Positions 9,392 to 20,633 of a stretch of DNA of 64,000 bases are shown here, piece after piece; positions within the stretch are counted from its first letter, which is position 1; each line of letters starts with the position of its first letter. The notes under the pieces were generated by a model. The model made no database searches. It saw only the letters and a list, made by a program, of their open reading frames with translations, and was not told the DNA's origin. This stretch comes from Candidatus Sulfomarinibacteraceae bacterium (lineage in GTDB: Bacteria; Acidobacteriota; Thermoanaerobaculia; Thermoanaerobaculales; Sulfomarinibacteraceae). The stretch is taken from the NCBI GenBank assembly GCA_963796455.1, contig CAWCLO010000010.1, positions 416,001 through 480,000 on the forward strand, written 5' to 3'. The translations under genes and the position numbers were made by a program.

Positions 9392-11335
9392 CTACAGTTC
9401 CAAAGAACGGGTATTCACAGCATTGAAAATTCGTTCCATAACGTCGGCCGTCGCCTTGACGCCCTCGTCACGGCGGTGCCGCAGGCGCAGGGAGACCGTC
9501 CCGTCATCGGCCTCTCGCTGCCCCACCACCAGCAGGTAGGGCACCTTCATTTTTTCTCCGTCGCGGATCTTGTATCCGAGCTTCTCCGACCGCCGATCGA
9601 CATCGGCCCTCAGACCGCGGGCGCACAGGGCCGCTGCGACCTCCTCGGCGTAGTCGTTCTGGGAATCGGTGATCGGCAGGACCCGCGCCTGCTCCGGAGC
9701 CAGCCAAGGTGGAAGATCACCCCCGAAATGCTCGAGCATGACACCGTAAAAACGCTCCAGCGATCCAAAGATTGCACGGTGGATCATCACCGGTCGCTTG
9801 TCGGAACCATCGGAGTCGACATAGCTCAGGTCGAATCGTTCGGGCATCTGGAAGTCGAGCTGGATGGTGGCCAGCTGCCACGATCGGCCGAGCGCATCCT
9901 GGACATCGAAATCGATTTTGGGGCCATAGAACGCGCCGTCGCCTTCCTTCACGGTGTGCTCGACATCGTCGCGGTTTTCGAGACACTCCGTCAGCACCGC
10001 TTCCGCATGCTCCCAGACCTTTGGGTCACCCATCGCCTTTTCGGGTTTAGTCGACAGGAAGACCTTGACGTCTGAAAATCCGAAGAGGTCGTAGATCTCG
10101 AAGATGAAATCGAAAAGATCGGTGATCTCCTTGGAGATCTGTTCCGGCGTGCAAAAGATGTGGGCATCGTCCTGGCTGAAGGTACGAACTCTGGTCAGCC
10201 CCGTCACGACCCCCGATCGCTCGTATCGGTGGAGTCGCCCGAAATCGGCGATCCGTCGCGGCAGATCGCGGTAGGAGTGGCTCGAGCCACCATAGAGCAG
10301 GCAGTGCGAGGGACAGTTCATCGGTTTGACGCTCGAGGTCCGCTCTTCGACCTCTTCAAAAGCATCGGCAAAGAACATATCGTCGCGATAGTTGTCGTAG
10401 TGGCCGGACTGTTTCCACAACGAGACATCGAAGATCTGCGGAGTGATGACCTCGTCATACCCGTACTCGCGGTATTTCGCCCGCATGAGATCGATCAACC
10501 CGTTGTAGACGATCGCACCGCGGGGGTGGAAAAAGGGGCTTGCCGGCGCTTCGGCGTGAAACGAAAAGAGATCGAGCTCCCGTCCGAGCCGGCGATGGTC
10601 GCGGCGCTTGAGTTCCTCGAGACGCTCGAAATATTTGTTGAGTTCCTTTTTGGTGGCGAAAGCCGTTCCGTAGATCCGTTGCAGCATCTCGTTGCGCTCG
10701 TCGCCCTTGAAGTAGGCGCCGGAGGCTTCGAGCAATCGAACCGCACCGATCTGCGAGGTCCGCTGGACATGAGGGCCGCGGCAAAGATCGAGAAACGGAC
10801 CGTGCGAATAGAGAGTGATGGTCTCGCCCTCGGGAATGTCCTCGAGGCGGATGATCTTGATGTCCTCGCCACGCTCGGTCATCACCCGAGCCACCTCTTC
10901 GCGATCGACTTCGTTGCGTTCGAACTCGAGGTCCTCGGCGAGAATGCGCGCCATTTCTTCTTCGATCTTTTCGAAGTCCTCGGGTTTGAAGGCTCGCGGG
11001 AAGCGGAAGTCGTACTGATATTTCTCGGAGTGGTCCTGGCGACCGGCATCGATCGGGGTGCCCGGCCACAGCCTCTTCACCGCATCAGCGAGCACATGCT
11101 CGGCCGAGTGGCGGATCACATCTCCCGCGGCCGGGTCCTTGGTGGTCACGATCTTCAGATCGACATCGTTCATGAGCGCAGTTCGCAGGTCCACCAACTC
11201 GCCGTCGACAAAACCGGCGACGGTGTCGCGGGCCAACCTCGGACCGATGGCCTCGGCTACCTGGAGGACGGTGGTGCCCGCGGCAAATTCCCGCGCGCTT
11301 CCGTCCGGCAAGCTCACCTGAACTGTTTGACTCAT
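9392..11335 (-). CDS. thrS: Threonine-tRNA ligase
   Basis: TGS domain, [42 protein letters not shown]. Confidence 0.98.
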   Translation of the reverse strand: MSQTVQVSLPDGSAREFAAGTTVLQVAEAIGPRLARDTVAGFVDGELVDLRTALMNDVDLKIVTTKDPAAGDVIRHSAEHVLADAVKRLWPGTPIDAGRQDHSEKYQYDFRFPRAFKPEDFEKIEEEMARILAEDLEFERNEVDREEVARVMTERGEDIKIIRLEDIPEGETITLYSHGPFLDLCRGPHVQRTSQIGAVRLLEASGAYFKGDERNEMLQRIYGTAFATKKELNKYFERLEELKRRDHRRLGRELDLFSFHAEAPASPFFHPRGAIVYNGLIDLMRAKYREYGYDEVITPQIFDVSLWKQSGHYDNYRDDMFFADAFEEVEERTSSVKPMNCPSHCLLYGGSSHSYRDLPRRIADFGRLHRYERSGVVTGLTRVRTFSQDDAHIFCTPEQISKEITDLFDFIFEIYDLFGFSDVKVFLSTKPEKAMGDPKVWEHAEAVLTECLENRDDVEHTVKEGDGAFYGPKIDFDVQDALGRSWQLATIQLDFQMPERFDLSYVDSDGSDKRPVMIHRAIFGSLERFYGVMLEHFGGDLPPWLAPEQARVLPITDSQNDYAEEVAAALCARGLRADVDRRSEKLGYKIRDGEKMKVPYLLVVGQREADDGTVSLRLRHRRDEGVKATADVMERIFNAVNTRSLEL

Positions 11336-11366
11336 GTCGCACTCCCGTGGAGCCGGTTCCGGGCCC

Positions 11367-11398
11367 CAAAAAACAAAAATCCCGACCACAGGGTCGGG
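11367..11398 (-). terminator. Intrinsic terminator after the tRNA-Val pair
   Basis: Minus strand CCCGACC-CTGT-GGTCGGG followed by ATTTTTGTTTTTT. Confidence 0.75.
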
Positions 11399-11412
11399 CG
11401 TCGGATCGGCAT

Positions 11413-11489
11413 TGGTAGGCGCGCGCGGACTCGAACCGCGGACTTCATCCGTGTGAGGGATGCGCTCTAACCAACTGAGCTACGCGCCT
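11413..11489 (-). tRNA. tRNA-Val(CAC)
   Basis: Cloverleaf AGGCGCGTAGCTCAGTTGGTTAGAGC, anticodon arm CATCC-CTCACAC-GGATG, GGTTCGAGTCC, encoded CCA. Confidence 0.95.
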
Positions 11490-11506
11490 CTGCTGATCCG
11501 AATAAA

Positions 11507-11583
<77 letters not shown>

Positions 11584-11723
11584 ATGTAACTGAAATGGCC
11601 TCCAGCGGCACGCGGCCGATGGGGCTTCTCTCAGTGACTGATGACGGGTGGTCCCGTGGACGCTTCCGACCCGCCTTCGTCTCTTAACACATCAAAGAAC
11701 GACCCTTAAAACAAGGGGCTGGG

Positions 11724-11752
11724 ATCATAACAACGGGTATCGAGACTGTCAA
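11724..11752 (-). promoter_or_regulatory. Sigma70 promoter for the tRNA-Val pair
   Basis: TTGACA-17 bp-TATGAT with an extended -10 TG. Confidence 0.8.
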
Positions 11753-11776
11753 TACAACCGTATACTTACAAGCACC

Positions 11777-12031
11777 ATGAACGACGAACTGGTCGTAGTT
11801 TTCACCGCTCAAGGCGAGGTCGAGGAAACCCAGGTGCGGTCTTTCCTCGCCGCACACGGGATTCCATCCATGACCCATGGCGAAGCGCTCCGCAAGACCC
11901 ACGCCTTCACCCTCGATGGGCTTGGGGCCGCCCAGATCATGGTGGCCAAAGAAAACGAGGCGGAAGCCCTGCGTCTGCTTCATGATGCCGAGCAGGGAGC
12001 CTTCAACCTCGAGGATCTGTCCGAGATCTGA
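11777..12031 (+). CDS. Small DUF2007-like (putative signal-transducing) protein
   Basis: MNDELVVVFTAQGEVEETQVRSFLAAHGI...GLGAAQIMV pattern. Confidence 0.7.
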   Translation: MNDELVVVFTAQGEVEETQVRSFLAAHGIPSMTHGEALRKTHAFTLDGLGAAQIMVAKENEAEALRLLHDAEQGAFNLEDLSEI

Positions 12032-14423
12032 CGAATCTTCCGCCAAACCGTGATCCCAACACCGCGGTCACCACGAGCGAGAGCAACACCAGGACCGACA
12101 ACAAGCCGCCCCACATCACCGAGCGTGGCGCAAAGAGCACCCGCAACACATGACGTCCTGGCGAAATCGGGGCCCCGACAAAGGCATAGTTCACCTGCTC
12201 GGCGGGAACCAACCGGCCGTCGATCTCGACCACGATGTCGGGGTGCCACGGGATGGCTGTGACCACGAAGCCGAGCGCAGGAGCATCAACCGTTCCCTGC
12301 CACAACTCGGTCCTCGGTCGCAGGGGCCCCAGGGTCCCGCCGGCGATTTCCGAGAGCGGGGCGTCCATCTCGCGCAAGACCTCCACCGAAGGGTCGAAGG
12401 ATTGCGAAACCAGGCCCCGCAGAGCCTCGGATTCAGATGACACCATCCGTTGCGACGCCAGCCATCGCACCATAGCCGGGCCGTCAACCGAATAAAATCT
12501 GTAGACGACACCGTCGGCAAGCTCGTCAGCAGCAACCTCGGTCAGTCCCTCGATCTCCGGGCGATCCGGTGTCATCACCAAACTCGCTCCGGCGATTCGG
12601 AGGAGCGCCACCCGATCGTTCCACGGGGCCGCCATGGCCGTCCGAGCGAGCGCGGCCATTCGGCGTCCGGCGATCACCTCGGCATCGGAGTGAAAGACCA
12701 TCGGCACACCCCAGTTGGCCGCCAACGAACCATCGAGAACCAGTTGCCACCAATCGGCAGCCGCCCAAGCCCGATCTGCCGCCAGGGGCACCACAAAAGA
12801 TTCCGGATCGCGGTCGCGAAAAAACCTGCCGTGACCGATCTCTCGATTGATCGTCTGCAGGATCGGGGGCGGATTCGAAACCGTCTCCCGGGGCGCAAGA
12901 GGGAGCGCCGCCGCACCGGCGCCAACGAGATCGACGGCCACAAGCAGCACCAGAACGGCCGACCGGGTGGCCATCCTGAGACGGGAACCGGCCAGCAGGA
13001 CCAGCAGCACCCCCGCGACGACGATGGCCGATCGGGCACAGGGCAGAATAAGACCCCGCTCAGCGAGTCGGGCATGATCGGTAAACAAAAGGTCGAGAAC
13101 CGGACGGGCGAGGCCTGACGCAATGGCGATCACGCCGGTGACGAACAAACAGACCGACCCGCCGGCCACCACGACCAGTCGGCGCTGCATGGACCCCTTG
13201 GCATTGATGGTGACATCGACTCCCCGTCCCGCCAGCAGGGCCACCGGCAGACCCGTCAACAGCAGGGCCTTGACCGGAAAACGGAGGAGGTCGAGCCCCG
13301 GAATCGACGGCAGGAACTCCCCAACCAGCGGAAGATAACGCCCAAAAGCAACCGCACCGAGAGCCGCGAGCCCCAAAAGACTCCACCGCCAACGGCGCCA
13401 CTGGGGATGGTGGGCGGATCCGGCGAATCCAAAGAGCGCCAGGAGCAGGGTGGCCGCCCCGAAGTAGAGGCTCAGAAGGTAGGGAAAACCGAAGTCAACG
13501 AGTCTGGCACCCCAGTACTGCGAGCTCGGATCGGCCACGTCCACCGGACCGAGGAAACCCGGAACCACGAACTCGAAGACCCTCAATGGATGCATCGACC
13601 ACGTGAGCGACATTTCGGCCGGCGTCCCGAGGCCCCGCTCCGATCGAAATACCATTTCGGCCGACGGGAGGACCTGAATCGCCGCCAGGGCGACCCCGGC
13701 AATGACGGCGATGAGTGCCAGTGTGATGATCGATCCACGGCCGCGGCGCCCGTCACCCGAAGCCAGGGACCACACGAGGACCAGGGCCCCGCCCATCGCG
13801 GCCAACTCCGCGGCACCGGTCAACCATTGCAGCGCCAGACACACCGGCAGCATGAGACCGAGACGGTGCGGCCCGGGCTTGCCGCGATGGAAGGCGAGGT
13901 GGGTGGCGAGCACGATCCACGGCAGCCAGTGATAGGCCAGCAAGCGACCAAGGTGGTTCGTCAACGAGATCGACAGACCGCCAAGGGCGTAGGAGACGCC
14001 CGCCACCCCGGTCGCCGCCCCGCTGAGGCCGAGACGCCGGGCCAGGACGATGGTGCCGCTTCCACCCAGTACGAGGTGCAGCGTGATCTCCCAATTGAGC
14101 GCTGTCGCCGGGGACAGGATCAGATACAGGAGGCGGGAGGGATAGAGCAGAAAACGATTCGGATTGGCAAGCAACGGTTGACTGCCGTTGAGCAGGGGGT
14201 CCCACAACAGACCGAAGGGAAAATTTCCCGAGGCGAGAAGGCGCGCTGTGCCGAAGTGCTGACGATAGAGATCACGATAAAAAAGGTTTTGATCGCCTAC
14301 GAGGACCTGCCAGAGCAGGAGAAACACGGCCCCCAACAAAGCCGCCAGAGGAAGCACCCACCACCGATTCCCGGTGAGATCGAGCGCCGGTTTTTCAGAA
14401 TCGAGATCCGCCATAAGAATCAA
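12003..14423 (-). CDS. YfhO-like membrane glycosyltransferase (GT-C)
   Basis: RDL...LWDPLLNGSQPLLANP...LYP N-terminus; C-terminal W.....DG....VNYAFVGAPISPGRHVL.V.FAP before the last TM. Confidence 0.75.
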   Translation of the reverse strand: MILMADLDSEKPALDLTGNRWWVLPLAALLGAVFLLLWQVLVGDQNLFYRDLYRQHFGTARLLASGNFPFGLLWDPLLNGSQPLLANPNRFLLYPSRLLYLILSPATALNWEITLHLVLGGSGTIVLARRLGLSGAATGVAGVSYALGGLSISLTNHLGRLLAYHWLPWIVLATHLAFHRGKPGPHRLGLMLPVCLALQWLTGAAELAAMGGALVLVWSLASGDGRRGRGSIITLALIAVIAGVALAAIQVLPSAEMVFRSERGLGTPAEMSLTWSMHPLRVFEFVVPGFLGPVDVADPSSQYWGARLVDFGFPYLLSLYFGAATLLLALFGFAGSAHHPQWRRWRWSLLGLAALGAVAFGRYLPLVGEFLPSIPGLDLLRFPVKALLLTGLPVALLAGRGVDVTINAKGSMQRRLVVVAGGSVCLFVTGVIAIASGLARPVLDLLFTDHARLAERGLILPCARSAIVVAGVLLVLLAGSRLRMATRSAVLVLLVAVDLVGAGAAALPLAPRETVSNPPPILQTINREIGHGRFFRDRDPESFVVPLAADRAWAAADWWQLVLDGSLAANWGVPMVFHSDAEVIAGRRMAALARTAMAAPWNDRVALLRIAGASLVMTPDRPEIEGLTEVAADELADGVVYRFYSVDGPAMVRWLASQRMVSSESEALRGLVSQSFDPSVEVLREMDAPLSEIAGGTLGPLRPRTELWQGTVDAPALGFVVTAIPWHPDIVVEIDGRLVPAEQVNYAFVGAPISPGRHVLRVLFAPRSVMWGGLLSVLVLLSLVVTAVLGSRFGGRFVRSRTDPRG

Positions 14424-14494
14424 GTCTACTCAAGTGCTCTTGCAGCACAACGCTCGATTATATTTTTTCCGCGACCAGCGCTCCCGGCAGACGA

Positions 14495-16252
14495 TTACTC
14501 GGATCCTTCGGTCTTCAATCCGAGATCGGCCAGTTGTTTGTCATCGACCGCCGATGGCGCCTTGGTCATGAGGCAGGACATCGAGGTCGTTTTGGGGAAA
14601 GCAATGACGTCGCGGATGGACTCGCACCCTGCCATCAACATCACCAACCGATCGAGCCCGAGCGCGAGGCCGCCGTGCGGCGGGACACCGTATCTGAAGG
14701 CCTCGAGCAAAAACCCGAAGCGGGCCGTCGCCTCGTCCTCGTCGATCCCGAGAGCGGCCAGCATCTGCCGCTGGACCCCCGGATCGTGGATCCGGATCGA
14801 CCCACCTCCGAGCTCCACCCCATCCATGACGACATCGTAGGCGCGGGCCCGGACCTTGGCGGGGTCTGACTCCATGAGTTCGAAATCATCCTCCCGCGGC
14901 GAAGTGAAGGGGTGGTGCATGGCAAAAAACCGTTGCTCGTCGACATCCCACTCGAGCAATGGGAAGTCCGTCACCCAGAGAAAGTCGTGTCGTCCTTCAG
15001 GTACCAGCGCATGCTCCCGGGCGAGATACAACCTGAGCGCGCCGAGGGCGGCAAATACAATCTTCTGCTCGCCCCCAACCGCCAGCAGGAGATCCTCCGG
15101 TCCGGCGCCGGCGTGTTCCAGAAAACGCAGCACGCCATCCTCACCGAGCGCCTTCTTGGCCGGCGAGGCAACGCCTTCGGCGGTCTTTTTGAACCACAGA
15201 ACTCCAGCCGCTCCGTGGGGCTTGACGATTTCCGACAAAGCATCGAGCTGTTTGCGGGACAGACTCGCCCCTCCGGGCAGCACCAGGGCCTTGACCCTTC
15301 CGGTGGCGGCCGCATTCTCGAGGATCTGGAAGCCGCAGCCCTCGCAGACTTCGGCGAGCTCGATGAGCTCGAGGCCAAAACGTGTGTCCGGCCGATCCGA
15401 GCCGAATCGCTCCATCGCATCTGAATAGCTGAGGCGCACAAAGGGCGTCGGCGCCTCGATACCGACGATCGGAAAGATGCGCTCGAAGAGGCCTTCGATC
15501 AAAGAGTAGATGTCTTCTTCGTTGATAAACGAGGCCTCGACATCGATCTGCGTGAATTCGGGCTGGCGGTCGGCGCGGAGATCCTCGTCACGAAAACAGC
15601 GGCTCACCTGCATGTATCGACCGAGACCGGCAACCTGCAAAAGCTGTTTGAAGAGCTGCGGCGACTGCGGCAGGGCATAGAAGGAACGTTTGTGAATCCG
15701 CGAAGGCACGAGAAAGTCGCGGGCCCCCTCCGGAGTCGATCGCGTGAGAATCGGTGTTTCGACCTCGAGGAAATCCCGCTCATCGAAATAGCGCCGGATT
15801 TCCGCCACAACCCGATGACGGAGCACCAGATTCGCGGTCATCTCGGGTCGCCGCAAATCCAGATAACGATGGGTGAGGCGCAACTCCTCTGATGCGTTGG
15901 CACGGTCCTCGACCACAAAGGGCGGCGTCTCGGCGTGATTCAATACCTCGAGTTCTTCCACCAGTACCTCGATCGCGCCGCTTGAAAGATCGGGGTTGGC
16001 CTGTCCTTCGGCACGCTCACGCACCACCCCTGCGACCCGGATCACATCCTCCGAAGAGAGCTTTTCACCGTCTTCGACCATCGACTCCTCGAAGACCAGC
16101 TGCAGCAGGCCGCTGCGATCCCGGAGATCGACAAAGACCAGTCCACCGAGGTCGCGCCTCCTCCTGACCCAGCCCACAACCTCGACGCGATCGCCGACCC
16201 TCTCGAGGTCGATTGAAGCGCACCACGGTCTTTCCCACGCACTTTGTGACAT
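14495..16252 (-). CDS. aspS: Aspartate-tRNA ligase
   Basis: [63 protein letters not shown]. Confidence 0.98.
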   Translation of the reverse strand: MSQSAWERPWCASIDLERVGDRVEVVGWVRRRRDLGGLVFVDLRDRSGLLQLVFEESMVEDGEKLSSEDVIRVAGVVRERAEGQANPDLSSGAIEVLVEELEVLNHAETPPFVVEDRANASEELRLTHRYLDLRRPEMTANLVLRHRVVAEIRRYFDERDFLEVETPILTRSTPEGARDFLVPSRIHKRSFYALPQSPQLFKQLLQVAGLGRYMQVSRCFRDEDLRADRQPEFTQIDVEASFINEEDIYSLIEGLFERIFPIVGIEAPTPFVRLSYSDAMERFGSDRPDTRFGLELIELAEVCEGCGFQILENAAATGRVKALVLPGGASLSRKQLDALSEIVKPHGAAGVLWFKKTAEGVASPAKKALGEDGVLRFLEHAGAGPEDLLLAVGGEQKIVFAALGALRLYLAREHALVPEGRHDFLWVTDFPLLEWDVDEQRFFAMHHPFTSPREDDFELMESDPAKVRARAYDVVMDGVELGGGSIRIHDPGVQRQMLAALGIDEDEATARFGFLLEAFRYGVPPHGGLALGLDRLVMLMAGCESIRDVIAFPKTTSMSCLMTKAPSAVDDKQLADLGLKTEGSE

Positions 16253-16295
16253 GTTTTTCTCCGAAGGGGCCCTCGAATCAGCCCCTCAACCGATC

Positions 16296-17558
16296 TCATT
16301 TACTGGCAAGGATACTCGCGACGTGCTCGGGCACGGTTCCCAGTTCGACCGTCTCCTGGGTGCTCGCTGCGAGATCGCGTACCACCGCCGAATTTACCGC
16401 CAGTTCACTCTCCCCAAGAATCACCACGACTCGCGCGCCGATCTTGCCGGCCCACTTGAGGCCCGCTTTCAGAGATCGACCGTTGACCTCGGTCGGTGCG
16501 GCGATGCCCATGTTCGCCAACGCCCGGGTCAGCTCCAGGCCGCGGGCCGCGGTCGGATCACCGATCGGCAGCACGGCAACCACCGGTCTTTCGAGGACCC
16601 GCCGGCGAAAAGACTCGGGCAGAACCTCGATCAATCGGTCTTCGCCGATCGCAAATCCGGTGCCGGCAACCGCGGCGCCGCCGAGATCGGAAATCAGGCG
16701 ATCGTAACGGCCGCCACCACAGATCACCGTGTCTTTGCCGAGATCGGGCGAGACGACTTCAAAGACGGTCCGCAGATAATAATCGAGCCCGCGAACCAGA
16801 CGTGGCGCCCTTTCGACGGGAATCCCGATGGCGGAGAGACCGGCTTCGACCTTTTCCACGTGGACCCGAGCATCATCGGACACCGTCTCCGCGATGGGAG
16901 TAGTGGCCGCAACCAGTTCGCGGCACCGCGGCACCTTGCAGTCGAGGATCCGGAGGGGGTTGGTATCCCAACGACGTTGACAATCGCCGCACAACTCCTC
17001 ACGATCCGGTGTCAACTCAGCCTTCAACCCGTCGATAAACCGGGCCCGGTCCTCGGGGTCGCCCAGGTTGTTCAGCATGATGACGAGGTCGTCAAAACCG
17101 AGTTCGGTGAGGAATGTGTGGAGTGCCACCAGGATCTCGATATCGGCCTGCGGCGTCGCGGTTCCGAGCAACTCGATTCCGATCTGGGCAAACTGGCGAT
17201 AGCGGCCGCGCTGCATTTTTTCGTAGCGGAACATCGGCCCCAGGTAGCTCAAGCGAAGCGGCTGGGGGAGTTGACCGAGACCGTTTTCGATAAAGGCCCT
17301 GGCGACGCTGGCGGTGCCCTCGGGACGAAGGGTCAGGGAGCGACCCTTTCGGTCAGCGAAGGTATACATCTCCTTGGAGACGATATCGCTGTCCTCACCA
17401 ACCGATCGCACGAAAAGCTCGGTGGGTTCCATGATGGGCAGTCGAATCTCGTCATACCCGAAGCCGCCGAACACACGGTGTGCAATCGCCTCGACCTCGG
17501 TCCATAGACGCGAATCCGGTGGCAGAATGTCCCGGGTTCCCTTGACCTTTCGAATCAT
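16296..17558 (-). CDS. hisS: Histidine-tRNA ligase
   Basis: KGTRD, LRPEGTAS, RGRYRQFAQ, LVRGLDYY, GGGRYD. Confidence 0.97.
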   Translation of the reverse strand: MIRKVKGTRDILPPDSRLWTEVEAIAHRVFGGFGYDEIRLPIMEPTELFVRSVGEDSDIVSKEMYTFADRKGRSLTLRPEGTASVARAFIENGLGQLPQPLRLSYLGPMFRYEKMQRGRYRQFAQIGIELLGTATPQADIEILVALHTFLTELGFDDLVIMLNNLGDPEDRARFIDGLKAELTPDREELCGDCQRRWDTNPLRILDCKVPRCRELVAATTPIAETVSDDARVHVEKVEAGLSAIGIPVERAPRLVRGLDYYLRTVFEVVSPDLGKDTVICGGGRYDRLISDLGGAAVAGTGFAIGEDRLIEVLPESFRRRVLERPVVAVLPIGDPTAARGLELTRALANMGIAAPTEVNGRSLKAGLKWAGKIGARVVVILGESELAVNSAVVRDLAASTQETVELGTVPEHVASILASK

Positions 17559-17996
17559 CGACCTTGACTCCTCAGCGCTCTGAAATTGCATGACTCGGAG
17601 AAATTCTGGCGCTGCCCGCAAAGGCGCCTGACCGCGCTCGCCGAAACGTTCTCGATTCTACCCCTCAGACCTGAGATCTGTGCTGAAAAACCGGGAAAAT
17701 GAACGCTACCACACGCCCTCTTGGGCAGCAACAAATTTCGCCGACCCTGAAGCCACAAGCGATTGAAAAACAGTGGGTTGTGGACCGACGCCAAAAAGAC
17801 GCTTTCGGCAACGACCTCAAAATGAACGACATCCAAGGAAGTGACTGAATAATAACAACTTAGGGAACAAGCTCCTCAACAGGGGGAGAGAAGCGAAGTG
17901 TTTGGTTTTACATTGCGTTAACGAGATTTCCACAGGCTTTTCCACAGACTCCGGCGGCCTGAGCGTCCAAACGCGGCGAATCGATGCACGAGACCC

Positions 17997-18608
17997 CTAA
18001 AACTGAGGAAAAGGAACTTCCCACTGCAGCGCCCCGGGTCGGAGAATTCGCGCTTCGTCACCGCTCAGATCGACCAGGGTGCTCGCCGTGCCACCCGCGG
18101 TTTGACCGGCGTCGAGCACCAGGTCCGGAGCCCCTGCCAACGACCGCAAAGCCTCATCGACCGTCGTGCACCCCTTCGAGCCGTGAAGATTGGCAGATGT
18201 GCCGGTGATCGGTCCGATTCGATAGAGCAGCGCACGCAGTGCGGGATGATCAGGGATCCGCACCGCCAGGGTCTCTGATCGCGAAGCGGGAAACTCTTCT
18301 TTCGCGCGAAGAACAACCGTCAACGCCGTCGGCCACGTCTGCGACAAACTGGCCCGGAACCGATCGGGGACCTCTACCAGGCCTTCAAGTTGCTGCCAAT
18401 CCGCGCACAAGACCGGCATGCCGAGCGCCGCTGGTCGCTCCTTGATGGCGCAGATCTTCGTGATGCCGTCCTGACTCGAAGGATCGGCCCCGAGTCCATA
18501 AAAGCTTTCGCTCGGAACCATCAGGACGCCGCCTGAAGACACCACATCCATCGCCGCCGGAATCGCGGCGATCACCTCATGGTCTTCGCAAAAAGCCAAT
18601 CGTTTCAA
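17997..18608 (-). CDS. tsaC: L-threonylcarbamoyladenylate synthase (Sua5/YrdC family)
   Basis: PSESFYGL, IKER, AVRIPDH, TGTSANLHG, ASTLVD. Confidence 0.88.
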   Translation of the reverse strand: MKRLAFCEDHEVIAAIPAAMDVVSSGGVLMVPSESFYGLGADPSSQDGITKICAIKERPAALGMPVLCADWQQLEGLVEVPDRFRASLSQTWPTALTVVLRAKEEFPASRSETLAVRIPDHPALRALLYRIGPITGTSANLHGSKGCTTVDEALRSLAGAPDLVLDAGQTAGGTASTLVDLSGDEARILRPGALQWEVPFPQF

Positions 18609-20308
18609 GTCGTCTCCAGGAGCACCCGTGCGTGGGTGCGTGCCGACTCGGTGAGCTCGTCCCCAGCCAGCATTCGGGCGATCTCAGTTTCTCGTTCATC
18701 GGTGCCGAGCACCTGAACCCGCGTCACGGCACGGCCGTCGGAGACCTTTTTTTCGATTCGGAAATGGCCACCGGCTCGGGCAGCGACCTGCGGCAAATGC
18801 GTCACCACCAAAACCTGGTCGACGGTGGCAAGATCGGCCAGGAGTTCGGCCAGGGCGGCGGCAGTGGATCCCCCGAGACCGGAATCGACTTCGTCAAAGA
18901 GGAGCGTCAGCTGGCCTTCAGGCCGTGCACTGCGGAGAACCGTCCGCAGTGCCAGGTGGATGCGCGACAGTTCACCGCCGGAGGCAATCCTCGCCATCGG
19001 TCGCAACTCCTCACCGGGATTTGCGGCGATGACCAGTACACACTCCTCGACTCCATGTTCGTCAAAGGCCACCGCTGTTCCATCCCGTTGCAGCGGGCTC
19101 TGTTGGTCGGGGCGTGGCTGCCATCTGAATTCGAGCCGGGTCCCGCCCATGGCTAGGCGATTCAGAACTTCAGCCACCGAAGCCGCGAGACGGTCACCCG
19201 CCTTGCGTCTGGCACCATCGAGCTTCCTGGCGTTGCGGTCATAGACCGCCAGCGCTTTCTCGGCGCCTTGTTCAGCTTCAGCGAGGCGATCTTCCACCGA
19301 CTCAAGTTCACGGCGCTCCGTCTCGAGACGATCACGGTGTTCGAGGACCTGTTCCAGTGTTGATCCATACTTGAGCATCAGCTGCTCGAGCGCATGGAGC
19401 CTGGATTCGACCTCGTCGAGGTCACCGGGATCAGCCGTCGACTGATCCACCAGACCCTGTACTTCGCGCACCACCTCTTCGACGAACAAACGCGCCTCTC
19501 CCAGACGGTCGACTCCGCCGGCCAGAGGGAGCCCGCACTCTCCGATTTCTGCGATCTCTCGCTCGGCCTTCGCAAGGTTGTCCACCACGGCCTGTTCGCC
19601 GTCACTGAGGCGTTCGATCAGCGAAGCCGAGAGTTCGGCGAGACGAGCCGAGTGACGGAGGACGAGGCGCCGATTGCGGAGCTCGTCGTCCTCCCTCGCG
19701 CGTGGACCGAGGCCGTCGATCTCAGCCACCTGAAAGGTGATGGTATCCATTCGATCCCGGCGCGACCGTTGCGCAGACCGGAGCCGCTCCACCTCGATCG
19801 CAGCATCACTCCAGTCCCCATAGGCGGCAGTCGTGCGCTGCAACAAACTGGCATGGTTTCCATAATCATCCACCAGTTGGCGCTGAACCGCAGCATCCGC
19901 GAGGCCATATTGTTCGTGCTGTCCGTGGATCGCGAGCAGGTGGGGCGCGACCCGCTGCAGGGCGCCGGCGGTCGAGATCGTGTCATTGATCCAGCACCGA
20001 CTCCTGCCGTTCTGGCTGACCTCACGACGCAGCACCAGTTCGTCCGCCGCATCAATCCCCATTTCGTCCAGAAGATCTTTGATCAAAGAGCCTTCGGGCG
20101 GGCTGAAGACTCCCTCGCAAAGGAGGCGGGTCTCCCCGGTTCGCACCAGATCGGACTGTGCGCGTTGCCCCGCGAGAAGTTTGAGGCTTTCCACGAGCAG
20201 CGACTTTCCGGCGCCGGTCTCCCCGGTCAGCGCGGCAAAGCCCTCCCCGAACTCGAGCTCCACTGCGTCGATGATGGCCAGGCCGCGGACCGAAAGGCGT
20301 TCGAGCAT
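18605..20308 (-). CDS. recN: DNA repair protein RecN
   Basis: TGETGAGKS, IHGQHE, ASGGELSR, FDEVDSG, THLPQVAA. Confidence 0.97.
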   Translation of the reverse strand: MLERLSVRGLAIIDAVELEFGEGFAALTGETGAGKSLLVESLKLLAGQRAQSDLVRTGETRLLCEGVFSPPEGSLIKDLLDEMGIDAADELVLRREVSQNGRSRCWINDTISTAGALQRVAPHLLAIHGQHEQYGLADAAVQRQLVDDYGNHASLLQRTTAAYGDWSDAAIEVERLRSAQRSRRDRMDTITFQVAEIDGLGPRAREDDELRNRRLVLRHSARLAELSASLIERLSDGEQAVVDNLAKAEREIAEIGECGLPLAGGVDRLGEARLFVEEVVREVQGLVDQSTADPGDLDEVESRLHALEQLMLKYGSTLEQVLEHRDRLETERRELESVEDRLAEAEQGAEKALAVYDRNARKLDGARRKAGDRLAASVAEVLNRLAMGGTRLEFRWQPRPDQQSPLQRDGTAVAFDEHGVEECVLVIAANPGEELRPMARIASGGELSRIHLALRTVLRSARPEGQLTLLFDEVDSGLGGSTAAALAELLADLATVDQVLVVTHLPQVAARAGGHFRIEKKVSDGRAVTRVQVLGTDERETEIARMLAGDELTESARTHARVLLETT

Positions 20309-20441
20309 TGCGGATCATCCTAGTGCACCGCGCCCGAAATACCTACACCTCCTGAGGCCTCCCGTCAGTGTTGACGCTGCCTCACTCCTGTCCAAGACAA
20401 AACCTCGGAAAGCGAACAAGGGCAGCGACAGCAGACTACGC

Positions 20442-20567
20442 TCACACCTTCGGGTTCAACAGTCGCCAGGTGATGGCACGGACCTGATCGAGCTCGAGCG
20501 CGATTCCTGCTGCTTCGAGGACCTTCGAATAGGCAACGAGGAGGGTGTTCGCGGCGGCGTTGGACAT
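20442..20567 (-). pseudogene. Four-helix-bundle (23S-IVP/Avd-like) gene relic with an internal in-frame deletion
   Basis: 41 aa MSNAAANTLLVAYSKVLEAAGIALEL joined directly to DQVRAITWRLLNPKV; C-terminus matches the relic at 22289-22480; GGAGGT SD. Confidence 0.65.
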
Positions 20568-20571
20568 GGTT

Positions 20572-20633
20572 ACCTCCGGGTCGTTCATGTCCTGACCCAC
20601 CGGCTGCCCCTTCCTGTTGAACGACCCGGAGGT
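20572..20633 (-). promoter_or_regulatory. 16-bp perfect hairpin sequestering the SD of the four-helix-bundle relic
   Basis: ACCTCCGGGTCGTTCA (20572-20587) and TGAACGACCCGGAGGT (20618-20633). Confidence 0.7.

Noticed and set aside
11336..11412. T-box riboswitch upstream of thrS
   Set aside because: The space is too short and no T-box consensus is seen; the hairpin is explained as the tRNA terminator
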